Of a stretch of 39,259 nt of DNA, positions 23,667 through 35,825 are shown one piece after another. How positions within the stretch are numbered: the first letter of the stretch is position 1; every line of letters begins with the position of its first letter. Source of the DNA: Halocafeteria seosinensis (taxonomy: Eukaryota). The notes beneath the pieces are model-generated. The model made no database searches, had not been told where the DNA came from, and saw only the letters and a list, made by a program, of their open reading frames with translations. The position numbers were made by a program, and so were the translations under genes. The stretch is from the NCBI GenBank assembly GCA_001687465.1, contig LVLI01000673.1, positions 1 to 39,259 of the forward strand, in the 5' to 3' direction.

Positions 23667-26600
23667 ATGGGTGGTAGAGGTGGTAGACGAGGCTCATATG
23701 GGGGCAACAGTGGAGGAGGAAGAGGCCGGAAATCCTTCGGCAAGGGCGCGTACGGGGGCAACAATCGAGCCACTTTGGCTTCCACGGGTGCTATGCGCGA
23801 CACAAGCGCTAACAGAGAGGACGAGGAGAAAACGGACGCAATGTACGGCTTTCGGGTGCTGGATGATGGAACGGCCAGTCACACTGGGTACCTGATTAAC
23901 ATGCTTCCCACCACCGTTGTGGATGAAGATGGGGTGGAATTCAGTGCATTAGACTTGTTTTTCTTACGACAAGATGGATCCAAATTCAAGGGAGTCGTGC
24001 GATATGAGCCGTACTTTTATGTCTCGTGCCCTGAACGATGGCAGCGGGAAGTGACTTCGCAACTAGAGAAGCGCTACGCGGAACTAATCTCAGGTGTCGA
24101 AGTTCATTACATGGATGACTTGGATATGCCAAATCACCTCTCCGGAAAGCAACGCCTGTTTATTAAACTGAGATTTCGCAATGTATCAGAGCTGCTAACA
24201 GTCCGGTCCGAGATTAAACCAATCGTCAGCAAGAACCTCAGGCGGAACAGCGCCACGAATGACTACACAGCCGCAATGAATATTGGAAATGTATGTAGCT
24301 TGCCTTTTCTGGCAACGAAAATAGCGTCAATTATTCTGTTATTTGCCGTGCAGAACCATGGGGACGAAGTTCCACAGGATGTTGTTGATGTGCTTAACGA
24401 CATTCGGGAGTACGATGTCCCATACTATACTCGTGTTAGCATTGATAACGTACGTACTGTATCCAATGACTACGACTTGCCCAGTTGGATTTATTTTGAT
24501 CCACTCTTTTTTTGCTACAGGATGTTCGTGTTGGAACGTGGTACTCTGTCAAGGCTGTTCAACAACAAGTGGAATTGCAGCCTCTTCGGGACATGGTTGA
24601 AAAAGCCGAGCCCAGCGTTCTCGCTTTTGATATTGAGACCACGAAACCGCCGTTAAAGTTCCCGAACGCTGACTTTGACCAAATCTACATGATTTCGTAC
24701 ATGCTAAACGACCACGGATTCCTTATTATCAATCGCTCGATCGTTAGCGAAGACATTCCCGACTTCGAATATACCCCAAAGAAGGAATTCAAAGGACCGT
24801 TCACGGTCTGGAACGTCAAGGACGAGCGTGCCGTTATCCAAGCATTCTTCCGACATGTCCGGGAAACGCAGCCACAGATCTTCGTTACCTACAACGGCGA
24901 CTTTTTCGATTGGCCCTTTGTTGAGCAACGTGCGCAAGTGTATGGTATGTCAATGTGGAAGGAAATAGGAGTAAAGGCCAATTCCAATGGAGAGTATAGT
25001 GGGCGAGCCTGCGTCCATATGGACTGTCTGTGTTGGGTAAAACGGGATTCATATCTTCCTTCTGGGGCGCATGGATTGAAAGCAGTGACGAAAAACAAAC
25101 TAGGCTACGACCCGGTAGAAATTGACCCGGAGGATATGTTGCGATACGCCGCTGAAGATCCGCAATATATGTCCAGTTATTCCGTTTCCGATGCCGTCGC
25201 AACTTACTACCTGTATATGAAGTAAGTGGCGCGCTAGAACGACATAAAATTGTGTACTTGTTAATGTTTTCGGTGGAGCAGGTATATCCATAACTTTATC
25301 TTTTCCCTCTGCACGATCATCCCTATGCAAGCCGATGATGTGTTGAGGAAGGGTGAGTCAGTTCGTCGTGTATACAAGTTCTGAGACATGCAGTTAGAAT
25401 TCTTCTAGTTGAGCGTTGCAGGAACCGGAACACTGTGCGAAATGTTATTGCAAGTTGAAGCGTACAGCAAGAGCATTATATGTCCGAACAAGCAAACCTC
25501 GGGTCCTACTAAGTATTATGAAGGTCATATGCTTGAAACGGAAACTTACATTGGAGGACACGTGGAGTGTCTGGAGAGTGGGGTATTCCGCTCAGACTTG
25601 CCCTCGCACTTTAACATGGTGCCCGATGCATTCCAAAAGCTGATTGACAACGTCGATCAGGCGTTGTGCTTTGCGATCGAAGTTGAAAATGGACTCGAAC
25701 GGGGTGATGTACTAAATTATGAAGAAGTTCGTGCTGATATTGTTGAAAAACTAGAACTGCTCCGTGACACACCTGTAAGGGCAGAAACCCCTTATGTGTA
25801 TCATCTCGATGTTTCCGCAATGTATCCTAATATTATTCTTACTAATCGTCTGCAACCCTGCGCCATGGTGGATGAAAATATCTGCGCCTCATGCGACTTC
25901 AACACGAAAGACAATAGAAATAAATGCAAACGCGATATGGAATGGATTTGGAGAGGTGAGTATTATCCCCTGGATTACAATGAACTCAAAGCTATCCAGA
26001 ACCAACTGGAAACAGAAGATATTAACGGCATTCCTTATTTCGAGCTTTCCACTGATGAGAAGAATGAGGCACTGAAGAAACGTGTTAAAGAATATTGCCA
26101 GCGAGTTTACCGGAGAACAAAAGACACCAAAGAAACCGTTCGCACAAGCACAGTGTGTCAAAGAGAGAATCCCTTCTACGTAGATACAGTACGAGCGTTT
26201 CGAGATCGTCGCTATGAATACAAGGGGTTGACAAAGAAGTGGGGCAAGAAGCTGGCAGAAGCGGAAAAGGCCGGTAACAAGTTGGAAATGGAGCAAGCGA
26301 AGACACGGCAGGTTCTCTATGACTCTCTTCAGCTCGCTCACAAATGTATCCTAAATAGTTTTTATGGCTATGTCATGCGTAAGGGTGCACGATGGCACAG
26401 TATGGAGATGGCTGGGGTGGTTACCTACACTGGAGCTACGCTGATTACTCAAGCGAGAGAACTCGTTGAACAAATCGGAAGGCCCCTAGAGCTAGACACT
26501 GATGGGATCTGGTGTATTCTGCCTGCATCATTTCCCGGGGACTATACCCTCTATCTGAAAGACGGGAAAAAACTTCCCATAAGTTACCCTTGTGTAATGC

Positions 26601-29600
26601 TAAACACTGATGTGCATGACAAGTACACAAACCATCAATACCAGGAACTCATTGATCCGGCAAATAAGAAATACAAAATTCGTTCCGAATGCTCTATTTT
26701 TTTTGAAGTAGACGGGCCCTACAAGTGTATGGTGCTTCCGGCTAGTCAAGAAGAAGGAAGGCTTTTGAAGAAACGGTATGCTGTCTTCAATTTCGATGGG
26801 TCTCTTGCCGAGTTAAAGGGATTTGAATTGAAGCGGCGAGGAGAGCTAAAGATGGTAAAAATCTTTCAGCAAGAAGTGTTTTCCAAGTTCCTTGATGGTA
26901 GCACATTAGATGAATGCTATCAAGCTGTCGCTAACATTGCAAACTATTGGTTGGATGTACTCTACACTCATGGAGAGGATCTTGAAGATGATGAACTTTT
27001 GGACCTTATTTCCGAGAACCGCAACATGAGCAAGGCCTTAGAGGAGTATGGGGCTCAGAAGAGCACTGCTATCAGCACTGCAAAGAGGCTTGCAGAATTT
27101 CTGGGTGACGAGATGGTTCGCGATAAAGGCCTTAATTGCCAAATGGTAATAGCTCGGAAGCCAGAGGGTGCACCTGTCACGGAACGTGCTATCCCAACTG
27201 CGATTTTCAGTGCTGAACATTCAATTATGAAGCATTTTTTGCGGAAGTGGTGTAAGGACAGTACGATGTCGGATTTCGATATCCGGAATATAGTCGACTG
27301 GGACTATTACATCCAGCGCGTAGGAAGTACCATCCAGAAAATTGTCACCGTCCCCGCTGCTCTCCAAGACGTTCCGAACCCAGTGGAACGAATTGAACAC
27401 CCAGATTGGCTGAAAGATCTCGTGAAAGTGCGTAACCGTAAAGGACAACAAACTAGTATCTCCACTTTTACGTTAGCAGGTGGGAAATCCAATGGGATTG
27501 ATATGGAAGATATGATGAGCCCGCGAAGCAGGGCGAATAGTAATAGGGTTGCTCGGGTTAATATGTTCCGGAAATGGGATGATCAGTGTAACACAACCGG
27601 TCAGAAGACCCTTAATTTCAATGGCGCTACTAACCAGCAGGAAGAAACACGAAGGGCCGAACCCTCCGAGGAAGTCGCCCCCAGTGCTGCCAGAGACTCG
27701 AGGGTGGATTTTAAGTCTTGGCTTCAGTCACGCAAGCAACGATGGCGCAAGCTCCGCAGTGGGATTGGCACATCGTCTTCAAATTATACGGACTCAGCAG
27801 CGGTTGCCCAGTATGTGCCCCAATGGCCCACTACGCGAGGCAACAGATCTGGCTCTGAAGGCACTGGCCAGTCTGCGGAAGTGGACAATTACTGGCAGAT
27901 CGTTGAAATTCGTCCCCAAAAGAGTTCCCCCGGAGAATTTACGCTGTGGGTCTTTACAGGGCCAAACAATCTGGAGAAGAAAACCTTGATAGTACCGAGG
28001 TTGTTGTACATCAATTATACGCAGAACCGTGATCCACTAGCGGAAAGCGTAAACAAGTCTGATGTGGCTCGTATGAAGCGCACTAAATATCAGTTGCCCC
28101 ATGATAGGAAATATAAGTACCTGTATGAATTTGAATGCCTTGAGTCGGCTTATATTATGCGCACAGGAAACTCGTTAATCAGCGCTGCGCAATCTTCACC
28201 AGATGTGGAGGGCGTCTATGAATCCCGTGTACCTCTCGATTTACGAGCGATGATACGGTCTGGCGCTGTTTCTCTGTACAACCCCCAAGCAGACCAGCTT
28301 GTGGACAGAAGGTATCCGAAACGACGTTATCGTAACAAGAATGCCTTGATCCACGTGAAAGAGCTCGATGCTGCTTCCGGTGGAAGTGACTTCTATTTGT
28401 CAACAAAGTCCACCAACTACCGCCTTATTTATCTGTACCAGAACACCGCTGTCCGTGGCGAAAGTACACATGGCGTTGTCGGGCTTTTTATTCTGAACTA
28501 CACGAATAGGCAATTGTCTGAATCTGTAATCGACAGAATTCGGAATAATGATGTTCCAATGTCCCCTGAAGAACTACAACAAATTGGGTGGAATCCATTC
28601 GAAGATGTAGTACCAGGAGCTTCCGCCCCAGCTGATGCAAAATCCTACGTTTTCTTCATTCGCCCCGGAGGCCAGAAAATCAGAATGATGGACAACCTTC
28701 TTAAGAGACATAAAGTGTCTAAGGAAGATTTGCAGACTTGGAAAACTCTGTTTCTCTCCAGCGAACCAATTGCCATGGCCGAAAACCTAAATTCCGATAT
28801 CGAGTCGAACAAGACGGTACTCACTGATCCAGCAACTTCAGTGGACTTCCAAATAAGTGAAGTACAAAGTCTTAGCGAAGCGTGGATAAGAGTCGACAAG
28901 GCTCTAAATAACGCTTTGGACGCATCTTCCGATGCCGCGCCAAGTGTGTTAATTGCTCAGTCGCTCCTTCCAAGTAGCACACTGTTCCATGCCGTTCCAG
29001 CGTTGGATAAAGTACCGATTGTTCGTATGGAGTTCTTGCAAAAGGATAGAGATATGCTTTCTTCGTTTGTATGGACGGAGGCAGCAGCAAAAATTATGTT
29101 AAATAGGTGGCTGGAAAGCCTGTATCGGTGGTCATCGCGGCTCCGTAGTTGTGCTTTCACCCAAACTCCGATTGGTAACTTCCAGCCGGCAGAGACCGGA
29201 GGAGGTGTGCTTGACATCTTCTACGCGCGCAGTTTACGGCACAATAGCCACCTTATATGGGCGTCACCTCAGTTGTTTCCTGATGTTGGTGGCTCAGAAG
29301 ACAAGGCTTTAATCGAAATGTTGCACCGAACGGTGCTGGAACAGCAAGATTTCTCCGAAGATCCGCAACGGGAGAATAAGCTGATGACGGAAGCATCTTA
29401 TGCAAGCCCTCTGGTCATACAACAGGGTTTCCATCGTTCGATTTGCGTGGAGGTTCATTTGGATCGTGTTGCCTTAAACGCAGTGCTACACTCAGACGAA
29501 CTGTTTGATCAACCTGGCTCTGTATCGGTTGATACAGATGTCAAGGAGACTCACCAGTGTAGCAATGCACTAGAAACCTTAAAGAGGCTGCTACACAATT

Positions 29601-31222
29601 GGGCAAAAGACGCAGATCGCTCCAAGTCCGGCCCAGCTTATAACATAGCCGCACAGTTGTTGGAAAAGTTCTACTGCTGGTTGATCTCAGCAGGTTCTTA
29701 CCTCTACGATCCCGCTTTACACCGTACGGTTGCTGCGCTTATGAGCCGCATATTCTCCCAACTGGCATCGTATTTGCGCTCATTTGATATCCAAGTTGTA
29801 ATGGGTCGGTGGGACCATATGATCCTCAAGATCCCTAAATCAAACATAGCGGATGCTCAGGATCATCTTTCTCATGTTTTGGAGAACGTCACGTCCAAGT
29901 CCTTGTTTAGTTATCTACGTGTCCAGATTGTAGCGTGGTGGGATCACCTGCTTTATTGGGATAGTGCGAACTTCTGCGGCTGGAGATGGCCGGTTTCTCA
30001 GCCAGTGTTTGTGGATCGTTTCCAGATCGACAGAACTATCGATGGTGCGCTTCCAGCAAATGGTGTACGGCCGAAACTTGACAGTCGGTGGAATATGCCT
30101 GAGTACCTTCCCGCAATGGCAGAGGAGGCTTTTCGAACAGTTATCACGAAGTTTGTTACTGCAGCTTATAGTGAGCACGAACGAATCAAGGTATGTATGC
30201 CTGGGCTTGCTAACTTGCGGCCTATGTGGATGTATCCCCACGGTTCGCCCATTACAGAATAATCCCCAGACAGTATTGAAGTCGAGGTCCCCAGCATCAG
30301 TCAGTGAGTACGACGATACTGCTTCTCGGAGCAAACATGTGCGTGTGCAGGTTGCAATTTGCCACCGGTGATTGTTTCATCTGATGACTGTCTGTCTTGA
30401 TGGCCTACAGGCTGAGCATCTTTCGGAATACTTGGGAGAATTTGTCTCTGAAACTGTTACCAAAGACATACATTCATATGTTACCAAACTGCGCGAGGAG
30501 CTCGTTGACGGCATTGAGTCGTTTCCTACCCGCTTGGGGTCCCACCTTCGAATGGTCCACCCTACACTCGAATGGATTAAGATGGTTTGCGCGATTCTTT
30601 CTTTGGAGAAAGCAGTATCCGACCAAGTATATCGTCTGAAGCAGAGTCTGCTAAAGCTCGTACATGTTGAGGAATTCTCTGCGGAATCTCAGTTTGTGGA
30701 CCCATGTCTGACGGCCATTTTGCCCAATGTGATATGTGATGTAAGTTATCCGGGGATTCTTCATATCCACCTCCTACCGTCTTAACGCTGTCTTTTGTAC
30801 GTTATGCCCAGCGATGTTTTACGGTGCGCGATGTAGATCTGTGCCGGGACCTTCACGTTCGAACGGTGGAGGGGAGCGAGGGGAACGCGGACCACATATC
30901 AGGAAATGAATTTTGGTCTTGCAGTCGCTGCGGAAAGCTCTACTCCCGAACCAAGTTCGAGAGCATGCTGGTCAAGTTCGTCCAAGATTGGTCAGTCGGA
31001 TATCAGCTTCAGGATCTCAGATGTTCGGCTTCGAAGACTCCTCGTGCCGATCGTATGAGTGCGACATCTCAACTTAGAAAGCCGTATACAACTACGATGC
31101 CAAAGGAGCGGCTGATGAAGCTACTTCGTGTATTTAGAAATATAGCGAAGCACCAGAGCTTTGACTGGCTCCTCGAGACGACTGAGTGGCTTTCTCATGA
31201 TTTTAGAGAAGCCTCGGTGTAG
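23667..31222 (+). CDS. POLE: DNA polymerase epsilon catalytic subunit, about 8 exons
   Basis: Exonuclease [21 protein letters not shown]; polymerase [28 protein letters not shown]; CysX CASCDFN…CKR…CQRENP; C-terminal CysA region VICD|RC…DLCRD…WSCSRC. Confidence 0.97.
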
Positions 31223-31372
31223 ATACAACCGCCGTCTATTACAGTATGAGATAAGTGCCGCAAACAGCTAACGAACGCAAAGTTACATATACAAAGCAAT
31301 ACCTGGTGGTTGTGAGCGAAATTCCACAACAATTTGCTATTAAAGGTGAAAAAGTTTGAGCTCAAATCTGCT

Positions 31373-32975
31373 CTATTCTCCTTCAGAATCGCTTTCTTCC
31401 TCTTCGCTGTCCACACCCAACGCCGCGAAGTTGTTATTACCAGCAGCCTTCTGCATTTCCGCCTGCTGCTGTGCAAGTCTCTCTTGTTCACTCGGAACCC
31501 TCGCTTGAGCCATTGGAATAGTCCGTTTTGATTGCTTCGTTTTCCCTGGTTTGTCAGATTCTGCCTTAGAGTCTTTTCCTTTGGTGTTGGTAGCCTTCCC
31601 GCCGCCACGGCCTCGACGACTTCCGCCACGGCCTCTTCCCCTTCCACCCGTCACCGTGTCAGGTTTCTCTTCTCGGTTGTCCGCGCTTTCTCCTCCTCGT
31701 TTTTGCTTATCATTCTTCGGTTGAGCTCGTGTAGCCGTTTCCGGCTTGTCAAGATAGTCTACGTTATTGGGGCGGGCTCCACCAAAAAGATCATCGTCAC
31801 GACTAGAGCGCATAGGGGCAGAATCCTCTTCCCCTGCTTTTTTCTGTCGTGGTTTTAATTTGAGTGCAGTTCTTGTCCTAGGTTCCCCACTTTCAGTGGG
31901 ATCCCCGTGTTGATGTTGCTTCTGCTGTTCAGCTTTCGACGTATCATCAGTTTCCACGTTATTCCTAGGCTGACTAGACGCACTCCCTCGAGTTCTAAAA
32001 TCCATGAAGTCATCATCACTCACGCCGGATGCATTCTTTCCTTTTCCAAATATCCCCCCTCGTTGGTTACTTCGTGCGCTCCCACCACCACGGCCTCCAC
32101 CTCGTCCACCGCCGCGCTGATTTTGCTGTTCTTTGTTGAACATGATACCACTACCACGTCCTCCATTTTGTTGATGGCCTCTATTCGCGTTATTCTTCCT
32201 ATCCCGGTACCCTCCGTCTCTGTCTCCTGACGGCTTCGGCTTGCGAGCAACTTCAATGCGGATTTTACGATACCTGTCGCGGTTGGCGGGATCCATCATT
32301 CGGGTGTCTGAAAGGCTCAAGGCTCGTATGACAGACTCCTGATCCAAAACATCAATAAAAGCAGAACATTTTCGAGATCCATCCTGATGCTTATTCATCG
32401 CACACGACTCCTCCGAGACTTTGCAGCCTTTGCTTTCAAAGAAGTACGCCACATGAGTGGCTTCTGCCTCAAACGGCACTTGACCCACGAAAATCTGCCA
32501 AGCGGAATAGCACACGCACAAGTAGTTAGATAACATAAAAATGCACCAAAATGCACACGGAAATGGCATCTTACTCGATAGGGAGGTCCATGAGGCAATG
32601 AGGCAGCAATGTCAAGAGCTGTGGCGTCTCCTTTCTCGCCATTGGTCTCCCCGTGGGATTGATGGGAGCTATCTGCAAAGCGTATATCATTGTCAAGAAC
32701 ATGCTATACCAGCGAAATACACAAGACAACACCATTATAGCGGAGAAAACGAGCTCAATGGGGTCGCCCCTGCTCAGAGTCCCCAGAAAACCATTTTTGT
32801 CATTTCCTGCTGACACCCCGCCAATAGGCGCTCATTCGAAAGCTAACATCAGGATTTGTCACACACACATACCAGTTCCGACACTACTTAGTCTGTGTCT
32901 TCCTCCAGGGGCGGCATCAGCCCCTTCATCCTCCACCAAATCGGCCCAATTGACATCTCCCGTGAGCCCAGCCAT
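31373..32975 (-). CDS. EIF4B: Translation initiation factor eIF4B (RRM, RGG-rich)
   Basis: N-terminal NWADLVEDE, LPHGPPYR|IFVGQVPF RRM, LKLKPR, LFGGARP, C-terminal NNFAAL…DSEEEE; ATG at 32975; at least 2 introns. Confidence 0.85.
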
Positions 32976-33223
32976 GGTTTTGTTTTCCTTCCGTGTTATC
33001 AATGGCGTAAATACACGCACAGATACCCCACACGATCACTTTTCCGGTACTATATGGCCTAATTTAAGAGACTGAAGGTCCGTAAGTGCGCACAACACTG
33101 TGGAACGCGACGTGAATAAAGCCCTCCCATGAGGGCAGTCCAAAGGTTGTGAAAAGATTGTCGCCTCCTGCTGCAACTGGCTACAACTGACAGCTGTAGC
33201 CTACAAGTCATGAGAAAAGTCTC

Positions 33224-33304
33224 TTTTTTTTTTCTTTTTTTTTTTTTTACCCAGTTTTAGAGTGTATAATTTATGGACTACCGGCTGATATCCAAATGGA
33301 ACAC
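33224..33304 (-). repeat. Poly(A)-tailed 3' end whose 42-bp segment recurs at 33907-33949
   Basis: T-tract 33224-33248; TTATGGACTACCGGCT(A)GATATYCAAATGGAACAC present twice. Confidence 0.65.
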
Positions 33305-33400
33305 GACGATATCCATGCACTGTGAAGACAGACAAGGCTACAGTACAAGTTGTACCACCTATTGTACAACACTTGTACAGTACGGATATACGTACGCGTA

Positions 33401-33507
33401 CACATGTAGCGGGCCCGTCGCTGCTTAACACGGGCGCATACACCGCTCCTCGTTAAGAGGATGCGGTCAACTCCCCTGCCGGTGGGCTATCTGTCACATA
33501 TGTGTGT
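33401..33507 (+). mobile_element. Family A 3' fragment (107 bp)
   Basis: Consensus 3' end with (TG)n; TSD GCGTA at 33396-33400 and 33508-33512. Confidence 0.85.
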
Positions 33508-33558
33508 GCGTATCCCTAATGGCTAACAGCTCGAATGGGTGTGTATTGGTATTGCTCC

Positions 33559-33639
33559 ACACGGGCGCTTACCGCTCCTCGTTAAGAGGATGTGGTCAAC
33601 TTCCCGGCCGGTGGGCTATCTGTCACATTTGTGTGTGTG
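33559..33639 (+). mobile_element. Family A 3' fragment (about 81 bp)
   Basis: ACACGGGCGCTTACCGCTCCTCGTTAAGAGG…GTCACATT(TG)n; no clear TSD. Confidence 0.85.
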
Positions 33640-33670
33640 CCTACGGAAGACGTGTCTGCTACAGGCTACG

Positions 33671-34170
33671 CTACGCTGCGTGAGGGGTGAACCCTACCCG
33701 GAACCGGTCCAGCATCTTCACGTTATGGCGCATCAACGTGACTCATCAGCCCGTCATGAGCTTGCGGAAGTTCCGCATCTCCCTTGTTCCCCAGCGGGAG
33801 GCCGGTGCTTTCCTGGCAATTCTCTGGAGGAACTTGATTGCATCTTCCCCGAAGCCACCCGTCGCCTCTACATGTATCGCGAACGGGATAATTTCCGTGT
33901 GGTGGTTGTTTAACTTATGGACTACCGGCTAGATATTCAAATGGAACACCCCTCAGGTGTCCGTATTTTGTCCGCTTCCCCTTCTTCGCTTCTGCCGCGA
34001 TGGTAAGGGTCCTTCCCACGGTCCTGGCTAGTCTGCCTCCCGAGCACTCAAAACGTGGGCGTGTCTAGTGATTCGATAGCGCGTCGATGGGTAGTGAAAC
34101 ATTATTCATACTTAGAAACTCCCACCACGCCGGTAGCTACGACGACAAATCTGCATTATCATTTGGTAGC
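33671..34170 (-). mobile_element. Decayed restriction-like endonuclease C-terminus of a CRE/R2-group non-LTR retrotransposon
   Basis: ADL…LPAWW…IDA, AAEAKKGKRTKYGHL, IIPFAI(HV)EATGGFGEDAIKFLQRIARK…**VTLMRHNVKML match the RLE pattern (PD..D, K..KY, F.P.A.E..GG.G..A, SV.L.R.N); internal stops. Upper boundary approximate. Confidence 0.8.
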
Positions 34171-34665
34171 AGTGCAAATGAAAATTAGGGTTCGGTGATG
34201 TTGGATTCTATATACACAACTACGAGCGAAATCGTGAACGAAGCTGCATTCCACGCTTTAGCTAGTGATGAGCCAGACACTGTCACTCTCTTTCTTGACG
34301 AACAAGTGCAACCAGACAGCCGGAGTGGACTCTTCGGAACTTCGACTCAGAAGCTGAAAGTTCAATGCGTGTCGAGAGGCTGAGGCTCTGTGTGTCTGCG
34401 CAACGAAACAATGAAATTAAAGTGCCCACAGGCATAATACGTGTTGTTCGTTCACGTGATACACGTGTAAGCAACAGCACGTTCAAAGAATTTGCGGTGC
34501 TTCCGAATGCAACGTGTGTAAAGATAAGACTAGCTATGCTATGTATGTATGCATGCATTAGACAGATAATGTAAGAAAGGATGCTAGTTAGCCATGCGGA
34601 GGTCCCATGGGATGTGACGGAAACGGATACTGAAGTTCGGGTCTGCGTCAATGCAGTCACCCGTT

Positions 34666-34793
34666 TATGCTGCCTCTCTCCTACTGGGACAGCGGGCCTG
34701 TAACTGCCAGAAACGGGCGCCAGCTGCTACCTAATTGTAGCGGCTAACATCCAGCTGCCGGTGGGCCATCAGTCACATCTTCGTCGTCGTCGT
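34666..34793 (+). mobile_element. Family B (sister of A) 3' fragment with (TCG)n tail
   Basis: CAGCGGGCCTGT…ACGGGCGC…TGCCGGTGGGCCATCAGTCACATCT(TCG)n aligns to family A; ORF end QRACNCQKRAPAAT* versus QRARRCLTRALTAPR*. 5' boundary approximate. Confidence 0.75.
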
Positions 34794-35161
34794 GTACCGT
34801 TGCTCAGCTTCTACAGTGCTAACTGGTTCCGGCGTCGGAGCATAGGTATTTTTACGTTCCCGAAAACGTGGCTTTCAGAAACGAAACGTGTGGCGCCTGT
34901 ATCAAAAAAGTCAACAGGAAACCGACTCAAATGATGCAATTGTTTTCTGCCATTGCATTGATAAACAACATCAACGTGAACGTACATCGCTAGCTATGGC
35001 ATACTTGGTTTGCTTTTATGCTCGCAATCGGTTACCGGATGGGGCGCATTATTGGCATGGTAACATAACGCACTCGTATTAGTTACAGACGTTCTTACAA
35101 TCATAGCAGTTATATCCGTAAGAATCACAGCCGCTTGGGGAACCACCGTTCACCGTTGAGG

Positions 35162-35179
35162 GTCACATCTTCGTCGTCG
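35162..35179 (+). mobile_element. Family B ultra-short 3' tip (18 bp)
   Basis: GTCACATCTTCGTCGTCG is identical to the 34772-34789 terminus; perfect 9-bp TSD CCGTTGAGG at 35153-35161 and 35180-35188. Confidence 0.8.
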
Positions 35180-35825
35180 CCGTTGAGGAAGACTGGCTTT
35201 GTTCCCTCTACTTTGCAGCCATTGATTGCAAAAGAAGCGATGTGATTTGCAACGTCCCAGTAAACGCTACCGTTCGTGCAAAAAGACGAAATATCGTTAG
35301 TGCGCCCGTTCAAACAAGTGGGGGCTCTTGGACGTGTACTAGGCAGAGTTCAGTGAGGTCCGTTCGCGAACTTCACACTATGCATGAGTGACCCAGTCAA
35401 CACGAATAGCACTGATCGATACAGGAAAAAGTGTGCATATTCTTAAGGTGGCTTCAAATGATTGACCTTTTTTTCTCTTTAGCTGTGTCTCATAGCATAC
35501 ATAAATCATTGCGTACACTGGGTAATACAGGCTAATCAACGTGACACGTAAGTAGATCTCCTCACGCTGAACCCCGATGTTTTTTGTTTCTCTAAAATGC
35601 CTATTGAAACCGTCCCGAGCCTTTGACGTCCCTGAAGAAATCCTGGATACACACGCGCGGTAACGGCTGAAATTATCAGTGAGATGATTCCAATTGAAGC
35701 TACATATTTCATCTCTAGTCGTTTGACGGCTACTACATACGTTGAATATCTCTGTGATTGAGAAAGATGCCATAAGGGCCACTGTTGAAGTTGGCATGAA
35801 AGACCTAGGGGCTTATCCTTCAATC

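Noticed and set aside
27480..30262. Intein or foreign domain in POLE
   Set aside because: No intein terminal or LAGLIDADG motifs; divergence is confined to the linker and the normally inactive C-terminal half.
32672..32872. Intronic C/D snoRNA in the long first eIF4B intron
   Set aside because: Only an imperfect C box (CTGATGT) and a CTGA; no rRNA complementarity I could verify. An extra small exon is equally possible.
33413..33500. Self-cleaving ribozyme, or kissing loop TTAAC/GTTAA
   Set aside because: No hammerhead CTGANGA/GAAA core and no convincing twister/HDV topology by eye; the loop-loop complementarity is absent in family B. An Rfam search would settle it.
33263..33949. 42-bp direct repeats as a long TSD, or the 43-mer as an intron
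   Set aside because: The RLE frame continues beyond the right repeat, so it is not an element boundary; the segment begins GT but lacks a terminal AG.
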